A stretch of DNA of 64,000 bases, taken from contig OX597822.1 in NCBI GenBank assembly GCA_951406725.2, positions 30,318,001 through 30,382,000 on the forward strand. Reading direction: 5' to 3'. Within the stretch, counting starts at the first letter, position 1, and each line of letters starts with the position of its first letter. The translations under genes and the position numbers were made by a program. The notes beneath the pieces were generated by a model that worked only from the letters and a program-made list of their open reading frames with translations, ran no database searches and was not told the origin of the DNA. The stretch is from Octopus vulgaris. Lineage: Eukaryota. Below, in pieces: positions 1 through 14,939 of the stretch.

Positions 1-135
1 GGAAGGGCATCCGGCTGTAGAAACTCTGCCAAATCAAGATTGAAGCCTGGTGCAGCCATCTGGTTTGCCAGCCCTCAGTCAAAATCGTCCAACCCATGCT
101 AGCATGGAAAGCAGACGTTAAACGATGATGATGGA
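1..135 (+). mobile_element. 3' part of a SINE/RTE-related repeat ending in a (GAT)n tail
   Basis: ggaagggcatcc..ctgtagaaac...ccaacccatgctagcatggaaagc.gacgttaaacgatgatg, same as 2137-2270. Confidence 0.7.
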
Positions 136-1787
136 TTGGCATGTGCAACCATTATTGATGCTGTATCACAAGTGGTGGATAGAGGACCAATTGGTTGATA
201 CTTGATACTTGCAGATGGCATGCCACTACTTGACAATGATATTGTGCAATCAGAGAGAAGTACAATACATGACTAATGATGCACTACTCAGCAAATTATT
301 TTCCTGAGATTGATTAAAATAAATCTACTTTTCTTTAGAGATTGCTTTTATGCTTTTCCTTTATTTTCTTTAAAAATCATAGTGTGGGATTTGTTTATGA
401 ACTGATGTTCAGTGAATTGGTATATTGAGCTACATAAGGGTGGAAATCACTGTTTGACTCATTAGAAGGTGAACTTCTAATGAACCATTGAATAGGTTTA
501 TTGCTGAGTCCTGCAATGCTGGGATGAAAAGTAGTGCCATGAAGACTGAGGCTCTGATCCTCTCAAGAAATATAAGAATAGTACATGAACAGTATCTTAT
601 TTCTTATAACAATCACTCTTGTTCTTAACATCCACCAGCATTCCACAGTACCACATTGACAGTTCTCAATCCACCCATACCAATGATATATTACTACTTA
701 GATTATGAACCACTGGTTTTACATTACCTGGTGTGATAAAACATATTGAGATCGTTAAAATAGGAAAGTGAAAAATCATTAATTTATGTCTGTGTCATGC
801 AATAATATACTCGTAGCTATCTGGAGAAGAATAAGACCTTGACAACTCAGCAAAATGCTTCAATAGAATGAAATGACAAAAAGAATATGCCAAAGGAAAA
901 AAAAAAGTGTAACACATAAAATAAATATGAATAAAAGAGTAAATCTGGGAAAAACGAATAAAAAAGTAATAAAAATAGAATCTGCTGATCTGCAACATGA
1001 AAGGTTAGAAAGAAAATTACAATTGATCAGACAACAAACAGGTGACATCTTATCTAACTTTAGATGCATAAAGTTTAACATCTTCAGATATGGAGTGCTA
1101 ACATGAAAAGCTAGTTTGTATGGAGTTTATGATGTTTATAAGGATATTACCATAAGAACTTGAAATGACATCAAAAGTCTAAACTCGAAGCAGCTGTTTT
1201 TGCACAAGCTGTTCATGATGATTTTTAAGCAGAAGGACATAGTGATAAATTAAAGACTATTTGGCAACGTAATGTGGTTGTCCTGGTTGGGATGAATATT
1301 ACTGTGGTTTAGTCCCAGGAAATAATGTCTCCAGCTGGCTCTACGACACAATATCTCTGTCCATATATTTTCGAACAGGGGAGTTGAGGAAGAGAAATAA
1401 CCCAGAAACCATGGCAGTCCACAGATATTGCTTTGTGCTGAGTGGGGATGCTGAACTTGCCTATTCGAAAATATAAGGGCACAGATAGTTTGTTGTATAA
1501 CCAGCTGGAGGCGGTGTTTTCTGGAACTAAACAACAGTAACATTTGTCCCAACCAGGACTGCCACATTATGTTGGCAAATCGTCTTTACTTTAAAGTACT
1601 GTTACTGAATGTCTCTCATTGAGAGATTTAGAAATAACAATAATTCTGTTTATAGTGTTAAATTTGTTCTTCAAATTTTCATTTCATATTTCAAGAGAAA
1701 ACCAGGCTTGGTTTACGAGCTGATGATTGAAAATGAGCAATTGGAGCCATTCATTGTGTGTGTGTGTGTATGTGTATGTGTGTGTAT

Positions 1788-1824
<37 letters not shown>

Positions 1825-2010
1825 CATGTATATTGACTGGTTAACTGAGCTAACCTTTCATGCTGGGATTATGTATCTGAAGGGGCATATATACACATGC
1901 CTGAAAATGTATATGGACATGTATATATGAATATAAATGCATACAGTTTTTGCTGATCCAACCAGTAATGGAACAGCAAACTATATATGTATATATGTAT
2001 ATATATATAT

Positions 2011-2272
2011 CGCCTGGCACCTGTGTCGGTGGCACATAAAAAACACCATCCGAGTGTGGCCGTTCACTAGCCTTGTCTGGCACCTGTGTCGGTGGCACAT
2101 AAAATCACCCACTACACTCTCGGAGTGGTTGGCGTTAGGAAGGGCATCCAGCTGTAGAAACACTGCCAGATCTGACTGGCCTGGTGCAGCCTTTGGGCTC
2201 CCCAGACCCCAGTTGAACCGTCCAACCCATGCTAGCATGGAAAGCGGACGTTAAACGATGATGATGATGATT
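2011..2272 (+). mobile_element. Same SINE/RTE-related repeat, with an internal duplication (ctggcacctgtgtcggtggcacataaaa x2)
   Basis: Matches 1-135 and ends in a (GAT)n tail. Confidence 0.7.
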
Positions 2273-2380
2273 TAATGATGTTTTGAGCCTACATTTTACA
2301 ACAGAAATGTTGAGAGTAAAAAAATGGTGACAGAATGAAAAAAAAAACTGAGAGAGAAGAAATGTGTTCAACATGATGAA

Positions 2381-2427
<47 letters not shown>

Positions 2428-2894
2428 TGTATGTATATTTATATATACATGAGGGGTTGCTGAAATATCCCTGATTTTAAGGTTATCACAAAAGGCCTGG
2501 TTGAAAGCCCAACCTTTTGAATGGAGTAATAAGTGTGTGAATTTGAGAGGGGAATGTGTGGAATAAAATCATAATTAACCGATCTTCTTTCTTTTACCCC
2601 AAACTGGGTACTTACACCCTTCCTAGTATGTATTTATATATATTCATATGTATATATAATTTAATATAGGATAAAATCTTTATAAGAATTTATCAAATAG
2701 TTAGCATGAAAAACCTCATAAGGGAAAATTTTATTAATTATTCCCTATAAATATATTTATTTATATTAAGGGCATTACTATACATAAAAGCCTCACTCTA
2801 TGAGGGACTCTTAATTTATAAGGCTTGCTTCGAGAGTTGCATTCCCTCGCATTCAGTACAATGTGTTTATTATGGTAGTTTTTGCATATGTCTG

Positions 2895-2927
<33 letters not shown>

Positions 2928-3438
2928 ACATATGTATATATGCATGTACAAGGTAAATCAAAATTCACCATACATAAGAACAATTTATTTTTTTTATAAT
3001 AAACAGGTTTTTTTTTTATCTAACTGTTCCTGATAAAAAAAATGAATTTTTCCTATGTATGGTGACTTTTGAATCATCCTGTATTATTTATTCACAGTGA
3101 GACTTGGGCCAATGCAAGTTAAAGTTTTGTATGTTCATGGAATGAACATAGCTCATCAGACATTTGGAGATCAAGTAGGAAATGAAACATATTGATGATA
3201 GCTTCTAGATGTTAGGTGTCTACTGAGAAACTCAGAATACGTGGTTTATTGGTTTAGATGTGACATCAGTTTTTTTCTTTGTTCTTATGTAGACATGCTC
3301 AGACAACAAACAGGTGTATTAGTATAACACTCGGGAAGTGAAAAAGTCTTCAATGTTTCAAGCCTATGTTCTTCCACAGAAAGGAACACAGAAGGAAACA
3401 AAGAGAGAAAATAAAAGATGTGTAGTGGCCAGCGATCT

Positions 3439-3501
<63 letters not shown>

Positions 3502-4047
3502 GAGAGAGACAGACAGACAGACAGAGAGAAAGAAAGAGAGAGATACACACAGAGGTAGATTTAAAGGGAGACCCATATTTTTTTATATCAAAATACAAAA
3601 CTATGAAATTTTCATGTTCTATCTTATATAATTCTTCAAAATTTAATCTTCCAACCAGAAAAGGAATGAAAAACAAGCAAAACAAAGCAAAAAATATACT
3701 GTCACAATTATTGAAAACAGACTGATTCTTATAAAGACAAGCAGTGTAGATCAGCCATCCGTAAAATGATAATATATGATTTCCCACACTTTGTAACAAA
3801 CTTGAAGAGTCGCAAATGGCAAGAGTAAATAAATAAATATTAAGAAAAAATATAAAAGAATAAGAATAAACTTGACAGACATGACAAAAAACAACGGCAA
3901 CAACAATGACTAAAACATGAACTACAACAACAACTGAAGAAAAAAAAAACGAGGAGTGTTATATGAGAAGGAGGGAGGAGAATGGAGGTGATCACAAAAA
4001 ATATATAAAAACTATAAAAAAGTTAAAAACTGGCAATGATAACAATC

Positions 4048-4081
<34 letters not shown>

Positions 4082-4243
4082 CGATGCTGATGATAATGAT
4101 GGTGGTGGTGGTGGTGGGAAGCCAAACCAGAAAAATGAATGAAAAAAAAAAAGAAACGCCTTGATCAAGGTAATGTACTCAACCTGCTACCTTGGTCAGA
4201 GCTTGGGTATGTGTATGTGTGGGTGTGTGAGGGTGTGTTGAAT

Positions 4244-4318
<75 letters not shown>

Positions 4319-4435
4319 CACATATATATATTTTTATATATATATACATATATACACACATGTTTATATATATATATAGTTCTCATCTAGTGTCTTTTTA
4401 TATTTTTAATCATATCCTTCTCTTAACACCAACAG

Positions 4436-4507
4436 GCACTAATGGCGAAACAGACAGCATGCTTGGAAGTTATTTCGCAAATCACAACATTGGAAGACAC
4501 AGTACAG
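4436..4507 (+). CDS. Candidate isolated coding exon (ALMAKQTACLEVISQITTLEDTVQ), gene membership unclear
   Basis: Pyrimidine-rich acceptor ccttctcttaacaccaacag, donor CAG|gtaaac, 72 nt, phase 0-0. Non-repetitive island within low-complexity DNA. Confidence 0.5.
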
Positions 4508-4514
4508 GTAAACA

Positions 4515-4546
<32 letters not shown>

Positions 4547-5052
4547 TAATAATATTAGTGGTAATGAAAATAATGATGATAAAAATTATAATATTGATAA
4601 CAGCAATTATGCATTTTTTGCTTAAATTTTTAATTTTTCACTATTTCATTCATTAGTTAAATTGTTCGATACCTCTATGATACCTGCAGAAATGTCTTTG
4701 CTTCTTAAAATTTTGGTATTTTATGTATGTCATTTGTTTTGTTTTATCTTTTTTTATTTTTTACTTTAAATATGTTGAATGAAAATTCTAATAGAGATTA
4801 TTCTAGTTATTGGTTTCATATTATTAAATTTTGTCTTTGAATCAAACATTTTAAAAGTGTTATTACAGAAAATAAACATACATTTGATAGTATTTGTTTA
4901 TGTATGTAAGAGTATTTGTATTATATGAGTTTGTATCTCTCTCTTTCTCTCCATCTATCTGTCTATCTATCTATCTATCTATCTGTCTATATATGTATCT
5001 AACTATGTTTATCTATCTATCTATCAACCTATCTGTATATAGATATACATAC

Positions 5053-5097
<45 letters not shown>

Positions 5098-5162
5098 TAA
5101 ACACACATAATTGTGTGTTTGTATACTATACATACACATAAACACACAATCACCTATATATG

Positions 5163-5207
<45 letters not shown>

Positions 5208-5237
5208 TATATATATATGTGTATATGCATGAGTATG

Positions 5238-5279
<42 letters not shown>

Positions 5280-5321
5280 TACTCATGCATATACATATAT
5301 ATATATATAATACATACATAT

Positions 5322-5363
<42 letters not shown>

Positions 5364-6045
5364 CATACATATATATACATACATATGCATTTATACACAC
5401 AGATGTATGTGTGAGTGTGAGTTTGTGTGTGCATGCGTGCGTTAGTGCATTTGTGTGTGTGGGAGGGGGTTTGTGTGGGTTTGTGACTGTATGCATGAAT
5501 GTAACTGTGAAGGAATGTCTTTTGTTTCTCAGTGAAGGTGCCTCAGTTTGCTGAATCACCAACTTTATTATTCTATTTCCTCAAAGTACCCAGATATTGT
5601 CCCTTCATTGATTTACCTGAATTAATAGTCATACACCGGAAAATATAGAGTTGTTTGTGAACATTTTATTGATACACCTCTCCATGTCACCTTAGTGTGT
5701 GAAATATTTTTTATAATCTTTCACATTTAAAAATAACTATTATATGGGTCTTGATGTTTGCAGATGTGTATGTGCATATGTGTTTATGTATTTATACATA
5801 TATTTGTAATCGCTTATACATACGTACGTACATACATACGTACGTACATACATACGTACGTACGTACATACATACGTACGTACATACATGCATACATGCA
5901 TAATACATATACATATATATATAGACATAGAATATATGATATATTGAAATATATATATATATATACATGTATATATATGTATATATATATATCTATCTTT
6001 ATATATATACATTTATATATCTTTATATATATGTATATCTTTATA

Positions 6046-6158
<113 letters not shown>

Positions 6159-6423
6159 GATATATATATATATGAACCCATTTATAGGCACATATGTATA
6201 TATGGATATGTATATATGCATATATAGTGACAAATGTTTGTGGAACAAGTATGCCACTTGAAATACTTGAAACCAGGTTAAATTAGCTCAGAAGACAAAA
6301 CTGGTCAACTACTATCAGAAGTGCAGTTTTCATTTCAAAGTATTTCACTTCAATACACATTGCAAAGCACTTGTAAACATGCAGATACATGCCGATATAT
6401 GCACATATATATATATATGTTTA

Positions 6424-6489
<66 letters not shown>

Positions 6490-6623
6490 TAGGTGAATGA
6501 ATTATCCTATGTTTATCGTCAGCATGGAAAATTCGTTGAACCGAAACCTGGTTAGCAAATTCACGTCAGAAACATGGTTGAAGCGACCTGTCAAGGGTAG
6601 AAACTCCATTCTTTCATTTATTC

Positions 6624-6663
<40 letters not shown>

Positions 6664-6694
6664 GTATGTATATGTATATGTATGTATGTATGTA

Positions 6695-6726
<32 letters not shown>

Positions 6727-6729
6727 GTG

Positions 6730-7330
6730 ATGTCTGCACAGAGGCCTATGCTTAGTTTTCAAAAAATTTTCATCGTTCTTAACTCAATCAAGGAAGGCTT
6801 GTGCAACTGAAACCGGAGTGTCCCTTTGGTCAGCTGAAAACTTGGCAGACACATATCTCACACCCGAATCTTCAGTGATAATGGAGTGAAATGAACCGTA
6901 GCTAATCTGCACATCCTCTGATAGTTCACGGATGGGGATCCGACGATTTCCTCTCATAGCTGCATACACATCTGCGATGTTTTTCTCAGTTCTACCCGTT
7001 GCAGGTCTCCTAGAACTTACGTCAATATCGACATTTCTTTCGGCCATCTTGGAGACATCTGAACCAATCCTATTCTTGTGTGCGGCGCATACACTACACT
7101 CCACTCCATACACTTTCTGCAACTTTGCATGGGCCTCTGAGCAGGTATCGCCATCACGACTTACTATATTATGGTCAATGCGACGATCACACGCTACACA
7201 CCTTCCTTTCAAGCACTGCTGTAAACAGCAAAAGTGAGTTAGAATGTTTAAACGTAGTGTACACGCACAGTAAAGTGGACGGTAAATATGTGCCAAGCCG
7301 CTTATTGATCAGACCTAGCATGTTTACATA
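6730..7330 (-). mobile_element. Degenerate mariner (Tc1/mariner) transposase, N-terminal HTH region
   Basis: ORF 6784..7296(-): EAHAKLQKVYG...SRRPATGRTEKNI...NRRIPIRELSEDVQISYGSFHSIITEDSG.RYVSAKF, the typical mariner HTH region leading to the WVP motif. Confidence 0.85.
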
Positions 7331-7479
7331 CGCGCATAACCACACACACACATACATACACAAAACCACATTCACACACACATACACACACATAGACACA
7401 TGCTGTTTGTAGGCCATTGGCTCTTCTGTGCAAATCTGAGCTTCAACAGATTTTGTTTTTCAATCTACTGAATGTTATG

Positions 7480-7965
7480 TAACTCACTTTCCTTACCAAG
7501 CAAGGTGAAGCTACCGATTGAGTGGATGCATACTTGACCATGAAACCGAATGTACTACTAGGTTACATGAATACTGCACTAAGCTCAGATATGACCGACA
7601 ATGGAATAGTTCTTTCACAACTGAACTCACCCAACTGCTGTATAGAAAACATCCTAGACCAATCCAGAAAAGGGCTATTTGATCTTGATTGATTGTATAA
7701 AGCCATTCACAAACCCCTTTGGTCTACATGCACGATGTCTTCTCTTCCTGTCTTTACACTGCTACTGTAATGTCCTCTTTTCAAAGCTTGCTGGGCTCAT
7801 GTCACCCCCGTCGAAGAATTCCTATCCTACTAATTTCTCCTCTTTTCACTGTCCTTGTTGTGTCTAACCCATTCGCCCCTCTCTTGGCCACACACTAACC
7901 ACTACACTCAGTTCCTTTTTTTCATAATGCCTGCCCTCTGGAATTCTGTCCCTGCTCATGTCATC
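7480..7965 (+). mobile_element. Decayed 3' end of a CR1/L2/Jockey-group LINE
   Basis: Frameshifted remnants LDQ.QKRA, HARCLLFL..HCYC and SFF....ALWNSVPAHV match the post-RT C-terminus of this group. Confidence 0.55.
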
Positions 7966-8769
7966 GATGTAAGAAGATAGTCTTTTGCATGTTTTCTACA
8001 GATGTATTGACAATGTGTTTCTATAGTAAAATTCTCATTGGATGTTCTTTTAAATGTACCATAGCTATCGAACAAATCTTTACAACGGGTGAGAAAAGCG
8101 CTGTGGAATGCAACGTAATGGCACAAGACGAGAAATAGATGATTGTTCGAATTATCGCGATCAAAGGGATCAATTAATTAGTTACCATTATTCATCGATT
8201 TTCAAGTAAAATTGGAATAAGCATTGTTGCTTTCATATGTTAACTCAGCAGCAGTATTGACATCAAAGACCAAAGACATTCTTATTGTTATTGTTTAGTC
8301 GTTACTTAGATGTTGTTAAGTAGATCAAAAGGATTTTCGATTTGTAACTATGCCGCCCTTTTGACAAATCCAGTATCTTTTAACATTAAAAAAAAAAGCG
8401 GTATAGTGTGCTCTGAAGGAAATTTAACTATTTCTTTCAATCTGCAGAAAAACCTTGAAGATTCTTTCGTTCGTAACATGTCGTGCTTAGTCAGATGAAT
8501 GTAAAATGTGGGGAGAAAGGAACTTTGTAAAACCAGCCAGATAAAAATGAAATGAATGTGTACACACACACACACACATACACACGCACACACAAACACA
8601 CACACATACACACACACTTACACACACACACACACGCACGCGCTCATATACAGATACTTTCACACACATATATCACATACACTATTTTAAATTTCCCTCG
8701 TTGATAACGTGCTTAAAGAAGCGAATATAAGAAAGCGGGAATGAAGCAACGGATAAAGAAAAGGCAAGT

Positions 8770-8808
<39 letters not shown>

Positions 8809-10595
8809 GGCACACACACACACAGGCACACACACACACACAGGCACACACACACACACACATACACACATACACACACACGCACACACGCAGTATATTT
8901 TATGCTTGAGTGCGTGCGTGTCTGTAATGCGCACACGAAAGATTTTGTAACCCTTGAGGGTCTGCTGAAAGAAGAGCTAGTAAGGCCTATCCTACCTAGA
9001 CACAAAGGAAAACAATAAAATTATTGTAACACCTGCTTGATGAATACAAACAGATGTCAAATTTTCTATAGAATTGTAGAATAATACGTTTATGTATTTG
9101 TTTTACAAGATTCTTGATGTGAAATCATGTGTTGAAACAGATATTGTTAAACTCGGGGTGTGTCATATTTTGCTAATGAAACGCACGCACTATATGTTTG
9201 GTTTTTACTCCAGCTTTATTATCATTATTTTATTTTCTTTGTCAAAGCTCTTTCGTCACACATCTTGCGACCTCATGAGTGACCCTCTAGCCTAAGTGTT
9301 TCCTCTTGTTCTGCTTATTCCATTTTACTTTTTCCATTTTGCATATTTCCACAGAAAGACAAAATGGAATAAGAAGAAAATTGTCTTAAGGGCACAATAA
9401 TTCTTAATAATAATAAAAATATTGAAAATAAACCAAAATATTACAATCTGTTTGCTAAACTTACAAGAGATGGCTTATGTGGGAAGGTAATACCTCATTT
9501 CATCTCCTTCTCCGGCAAACACAACCCACATCTGATATGTATCTCAACTGTATTACCTTTAAGAAGCACATCTAAATGAGACATTTTCTTGGAAAGATAA
9601 GACATATTAAACGGTTATACGTCTGTCAGCTATTTGCAACGAGTTGATGACAACAAAATCATAGCAGTCGCGCACCACTCCAGTGACCGATCGTGATAAC
9701 AAAAAGCATCAGAGCTAGAAATACAAGTCTTCATACAAGAGTATGTCAGTTCTCTTGACCAAATTATAAATAACATTTCCTCAGTCTTTATGTTCTGTGT
9801 TCAAATTCCTCTGAGGTCGATTGTGTCTTTCATCTTTTTGAAGGTCGATAAAATAAATATCATCTTAGCGCTGGGATCGATGTAATCAACTTAATCCTAC
9901 CCCTGAACTTGCTGTCCTTGTGGCCACATTTTAAATCATAATTGTTTTTTACGCTCTTAGATCCGAGGTCAACTTCACTGTTCACCCTTTTGTGGATTGA
10001 TACAACATGGCGATGATATCGACTCTAATGAGCTAGAATCAATATCGACTGTTCTTTCTCTACAAATAAAATGCCCTTGCGCCAATGTTAGGTTAATAAT
10101 TGAGGTCGTTGCGTAGCAGGAAAACTGTAATAATTAAATTTAGTTTACTTGTATTGGGGTTGATGATTTTATTGACCCTATTTCTTTGCCCAGACGTGAG
10201 AACTTGTGTCTATAGTAAAAATCAGTCTTTAGTTACGTCACTTTATGTCCTGAGTCCAAAGTACGTCTGAATTGACATCGTTTTTATTGATTTTATCGGA
10301 TTTTTTTTTTTACCTTACCCTCAAAAGCTCTGGCCCTAAGTCACTGTTAGAAAACCCTATCTTATGCATATAATTTCAAAATTCGGAGATGAAATTCTTG
10401 AAATCTAGGTGGGTGTTTAACTAATGGAAAATAAGATCTAACAAAACGTTTTTACGCACAGTTCTCAACAAAGTATATATTCTAAAAATTCTCATGTGAC
10501 TTAATGTGAAATAAAATTTGCCACTACTTGACATGGGAACATAATGCACAAAATACAGAGCCCAGAAAAGCTAGAAGCGTGTATGTGTGTGTGTA

Positions 10596-10690
<95 letters not shown>

Positions 10691-10993
10691 ACATACATGC
10701 ATACATACATACATATATACATACGTACATACACATTATATACACATACATATATATATATGTGCACTTGCATACATACCTTTTTGTATACACCCATAAC
10801 ATGTAAAGTTTCTTTTGTGATGACATGCAGTTTTATTGTTCATGTTCACCGATAAATTTAATATGTATTAATCTAGAACAGTGACACACACAACGCGAAC
10901 TACATGTTCCAAGGGTAGGTCATAGTGATATGCATATTTAATACAAAATCAATTACGACACCTGAACCTGTTATACTATCTTCTGCATTAATA

Positions 10994-11206
10994 TTAGGTT
11001 GGTGCATAATTATTGCGGATTTTTCTCAATTTTATTCAACAAAAACAATAATAACATTTAACAAAAACATCTTTAAAGGATTATTCCGAAGCATGTTCAC
11101 CATCTACTTTAATTTCTGCTTGGCGTTTTGTTTAGATTGGGGTTTTGTTAATTTTTAAAAAATAAAATTGATTGAAAAAACCCGCAATAATTATGCAACA
11201 ACCTAG
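10994..11206. mobile_element. Mariner-type MITE
   Basis: TIRs ttaggttggtgcataattattgcgg / cccgcaataattatgcaacaacctag, with TA upstream. Confidence 0.8.
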
Positions 11207-11384
11207 TCGTATAATCGATCAGTCCTTTCCCTTTAAATTCTAGACTTTGCAACTGTGTTTTTTCATCCTTTCGGCGTCGATAAAATAAGTACCAGTCGAG
11301 CACTGGGATTGACATAATTGACCATCCCTGTTTCCCAAATTTCAGGCCTACTGCCTATAGTAGAAAAAATTATTATTATTATTA

Positions 11385-11835
11385 ACTGAAAGAGCAGCAC
11401 ACACCATCAAAGTTACGTTGGGGTACAAATGTACAAAAGCCAATATACCCATCATGAATACCCGTCTGATAAGGGTACACTAGGCACATGCACCACAACC
11501 ATACACGTGCTGCATGGTGACCTCGTATAAAGATAAACAGTGGATCACCTTACAGACGGAGCCCAATTAGATATTCTTCAGGTAGAGTAACCCATCCTGC
11601 ACAAAAGGTTTCTGAATGAGAGTTGTTTAAAGGTGCTGAAGGAAACACCCATGTTTCGAGGGATGAATTATTCAAACCCCGAAGAATCCCTCTCAGCACA
11701 TAGCTTTGATGCTCCGTCACTACTTTTGTTCATGGACATAGATGCGCATATCGTCAGCTACTAAGGAACATGCTCAACCGGTTATGGTCAAGCAACTGAC
11801 AAGCAAATCGGCAGTATTGAGCACAAAACTTGCCG
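11385..11835 (-). mobile_element. Copy of the ~550-bp TAA-associated non-coding element (partial)
   Basis: Colinear with 31551-32104 and reverse complement of 56366-56920; follows a (TTA)n tract. Confidence 0.8.
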
Positions 11836-12129
11836 ATAAAATATGGCACTACTTAATAGAATCGAGAATATGAACTATACTAAATTCTTTTAATCAGCAG
11901 CCTTATCCCTACGGTATTTCATGGAATAAAGGATGGCAGGCACATTAGACGCACCTCATTTTCGGCATTGCATATTCAGAATCTTTCCTTTTTAGTTATA
12001 TTAAAGCTTATAGGACGCCTAAGTTCACATATAGAAACCGGGAGGGGGGGTGGATTTTTGAAACATTTGCTTTTGGAAAGGAAATTCGTTTTATTAGGGA
12101 AAAAATACGATATACAAGTGTCGACTAAA

Positions 12130-12460
12130 AAAAAGTTCATAGGCTGTTCAAGGTACTGTCATGGAATGTGATCAAATAAGGTTTATATTTCAGATTTATT
12201 TTTCAACATTTATCCCTTGGCAGTCCACATACTTCTTATATCGGTTTTGCAGTGCTTGGATACCATTGGTGAAGAAACTTTCGACCTTTGATCAAAAGAG
12301 TCATCAATGACAGATATAGCATCCTCATCAGCGCGATACTGGTTCTCAGCCAAGTATTTTTCCATGTTGGAGAACAGATGATAATCAGAGAGGGCCCAAT
12401 CAAGAGAATGGGGAGGGCGATCAGCAAGGTCAAAGCCACCCGTATTACAAGTCAACATTC
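12130..12460 (-). mobile_element. Mariner transposase C-terminal remnant
   Basis: PPHSLDWALSDYHLFSNMEKYL is a degenerate HPPYSPDLAPSDYHLF motif. Confidence 0.8.
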
Positions 12461-13419
12461 TTATCGAATGGGCGGTGTATTAACGGAAGAGTTAGAGCCT
12501 CGGGTATAATGCCATGCGGGATTTGTTCCGGTTCTCTACGTTCTACCCTCAACTTTTCCTTTAATCCTTTCGGGATCGGTAAAATAAAGTAACAGTCAAG
12601 TTCTGGGGTTAAGGAGATCAACAGGCACCGTCATTTCAAAATTGTTGGCTTTGTACCTCAATCAAAAATAGCGACGTTTTTTTCAAGATATTTCCGTTCT
12701 GACTTGAAATACTGCCGAAGCCAATTGCCCTCCGTCCTTTCGGCGTTGATGAAATACAGAACCAGTCAAGTACAGTGGTCAATGATATCAGCTAGCCGCT
12801 TTCTCTCAACATTTTTGGATTTGTGCATTGACCAGAAACCATGATCATTAAGTGCTCCGGACAAAATGCTTAGCAGCATTTCTTCTGAGTTCTTTAAGTT
12901 CCGAGTTGAAACACTGCCAGAGTCAGCTGTGCCTTTCGGGTGGGCGTTTATTTGTGAGGAGGAGGAGAAGGAGTAGAAGGAGGCAGGATTGGAGGAAGAG
13001 GCGGAGGTTGAGGAAGAAGAACAGCTATAGATATAAATGTTCGTGAGAATAGAAGGCAAATTTGAAAAGAAAGGGTGAAATTGCCAAGAGGGTGCGTAAA
13101 GGTGGAATAGAAAAAAAAAGACAAGGTTGTAGTAAACGTGATAGATATGAGAAGCTAGTATAAGGAAGGTAATGAGAAGAAAAGATCAGGAGTGCCTGGT
13201 AGGAAGCCACACAAGTGCAGTTTCACAAACAGACATATATACACACATACACACATTTGTATATAATTTTTATTTAAAGTCAAAAATCTGCATCAATGAC
13301 TTAAGGAAGGGCCTCGTAGAATGGGCCGGGTACCGGGTTGTATCACTGAGGAGGGCAATTCATTTCTCATTGCTTTAGTGTATACAGGTGAAATGAAACC
13401 CGGTCGTATGTTCCATTAG

Positions 13420-13524
13420 GTCAATAGTGAGGGGCCAAGAGGGTTTCTATGTATTTTTGTGGCTATACAGGTTACTAAAACAATTAGCGAAAGCATGGTA
13501 TAGGTTACCAAGTCATACACACTT
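13420..13524 (+). CDS. Candidate upstream exon (SIVRGQEGFYVFLWLYRLLKQLAKAWYRLPSHTH)
   Basis: Acceptor ttccattag, strong donor TT|gtgagt, 105 nt open, phase 2-2. LWL...W spacing loosely resembles plakin IWL...DW. Confidence 0.35.
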
Positions 13525-13572
13525 GTGAGTGACTGCCGTTGTTTAGTATTTCCTATGTATATGTATATGTGT

Positions 13573-13786
13573 ACGAGGAGTAGCTGAAAAGTCCTTGGTT
13601 TTGGGTAAAACAAAATATAAGAGAATCAGTTATTTATGATTTTATTCAACATATTCCCCTCTCAGATTCACACATTTATTGTAGCGGTTCTTCAGGTTTT
13701 TCAACCTCTGTAAAAGAACTCGGAAGTTTGGATTTCCAACCTGGCTTTTCGCGACACCCTTATAGCCAGGAACTTTTCAGCACCAC

Positions 13787-13790
<4 letters not shown>
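13573..13790. mobile_element. Mariner-derived MITE (related copies about 2450-2627 and 61838-62057)
   Basis: TIR-like ends tacgaggagtagctgaaaagtcc / ggaacttttcagcaccacctga. Core caacatattcccctctcagatt.acaca shared with 61911-61945. Confidence 0.75.
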
Positions 13791-13871
<81 letters not shown>

Positions 13872-14266
13872 TTTACTGTATTCTGCAGTCGCTAGGGGTA
13901 GTGCTTTCACGATTTTCTTTTCTTAATTATATCTCCCAGCAGTTAGTCGCAGATTCATTTCATTACTCAATCTATATAGAATGGCGAAGCCGACGTTAGA
14001 AGTTCAAATCTGGCCATGAACCCAATAATAACAGCAATAATAGTAACATATATGTGAAAAACTTTCGATAAGTCTAGCCTTTTCAGCAATTGATACATGG
14101 TTTATTGCATAAGCACAAACACACATGTGTTTATCTATTTGCACACACACACACACACGTATTTGTATATATAAAAATACGTGTGTGTGTGTATATATAT
14201 TTGTATGCATACATTTGTATGTATACTCACCTACTTTTCTTTACGACAACGTAAGAAATACTATCG

Positions 14267-14307
<41 letters not shown>

Positions 14308-14425
14308 TCACCGAGATCACCGTGACCGACCAGGCTATCAGATGTTGCTACACATCGCTGGTCACAATGCGCATCGCATTGTTTTAGCCTTCAAATGTCA
14401 CCACCCCGCTGGCTAAGCGAACAGG

Positions 14426-14474
<49 letters not shown>

Positions 14475-14939
14475 CTACATAAACACACATACGTGCAATA
14501 CTTGTGCACACAAAAAAATGTATTTATTTTTCACAATATATGTGCTTTCAGCATATAATAGATCAACTGCCTAATAACGTGGGAGTGTGGGAATCTGCAG
14601 TAGTTCTTTTTCCCCCAGGGAATAAGAATTGTGTAAATTATTATGACTAGAGTGATTTCCCATGATTCACGAACAAGAAATTTCTCTCACTGAACCATAT
14701 CACATGCTATTACTAAATCATTGTTGAAACCAATGGAAACGGTTCATCATTGATTAATCTTCTTGTTTGTAGTATTTTGTTCACACGTAAATTAATCTAA
14801 CTAATGAGTTACGTATACAAATGCAGCCCCACCCCGCTCGCACTGCAAATATCTGTTTTGAATACTATAGATTAATTAACCAAAATCATTTGACTCGTAG
14901 TTGTATAATAACAATTACAACAACAAGAAATATAATCAT

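Noticed and set aside
795-1600. ORFs 873..1106(+) and 1250..1567(-)
   Set aside because: Only a vague resemblance to decayed retroelement sequence; no diagnostic motif or splice structure.
3098-3200. Acceptor-like ttcacag followed by a short open frame
   Set aside because: No recognisable peptide and no phase-compatible partner exon.
12766-13059. Ser-rich and Arg-rich ORFs
   Set aside because: Made of a Nin-SINE fragment plus (GAG/GAA)n low-complexity sequence.
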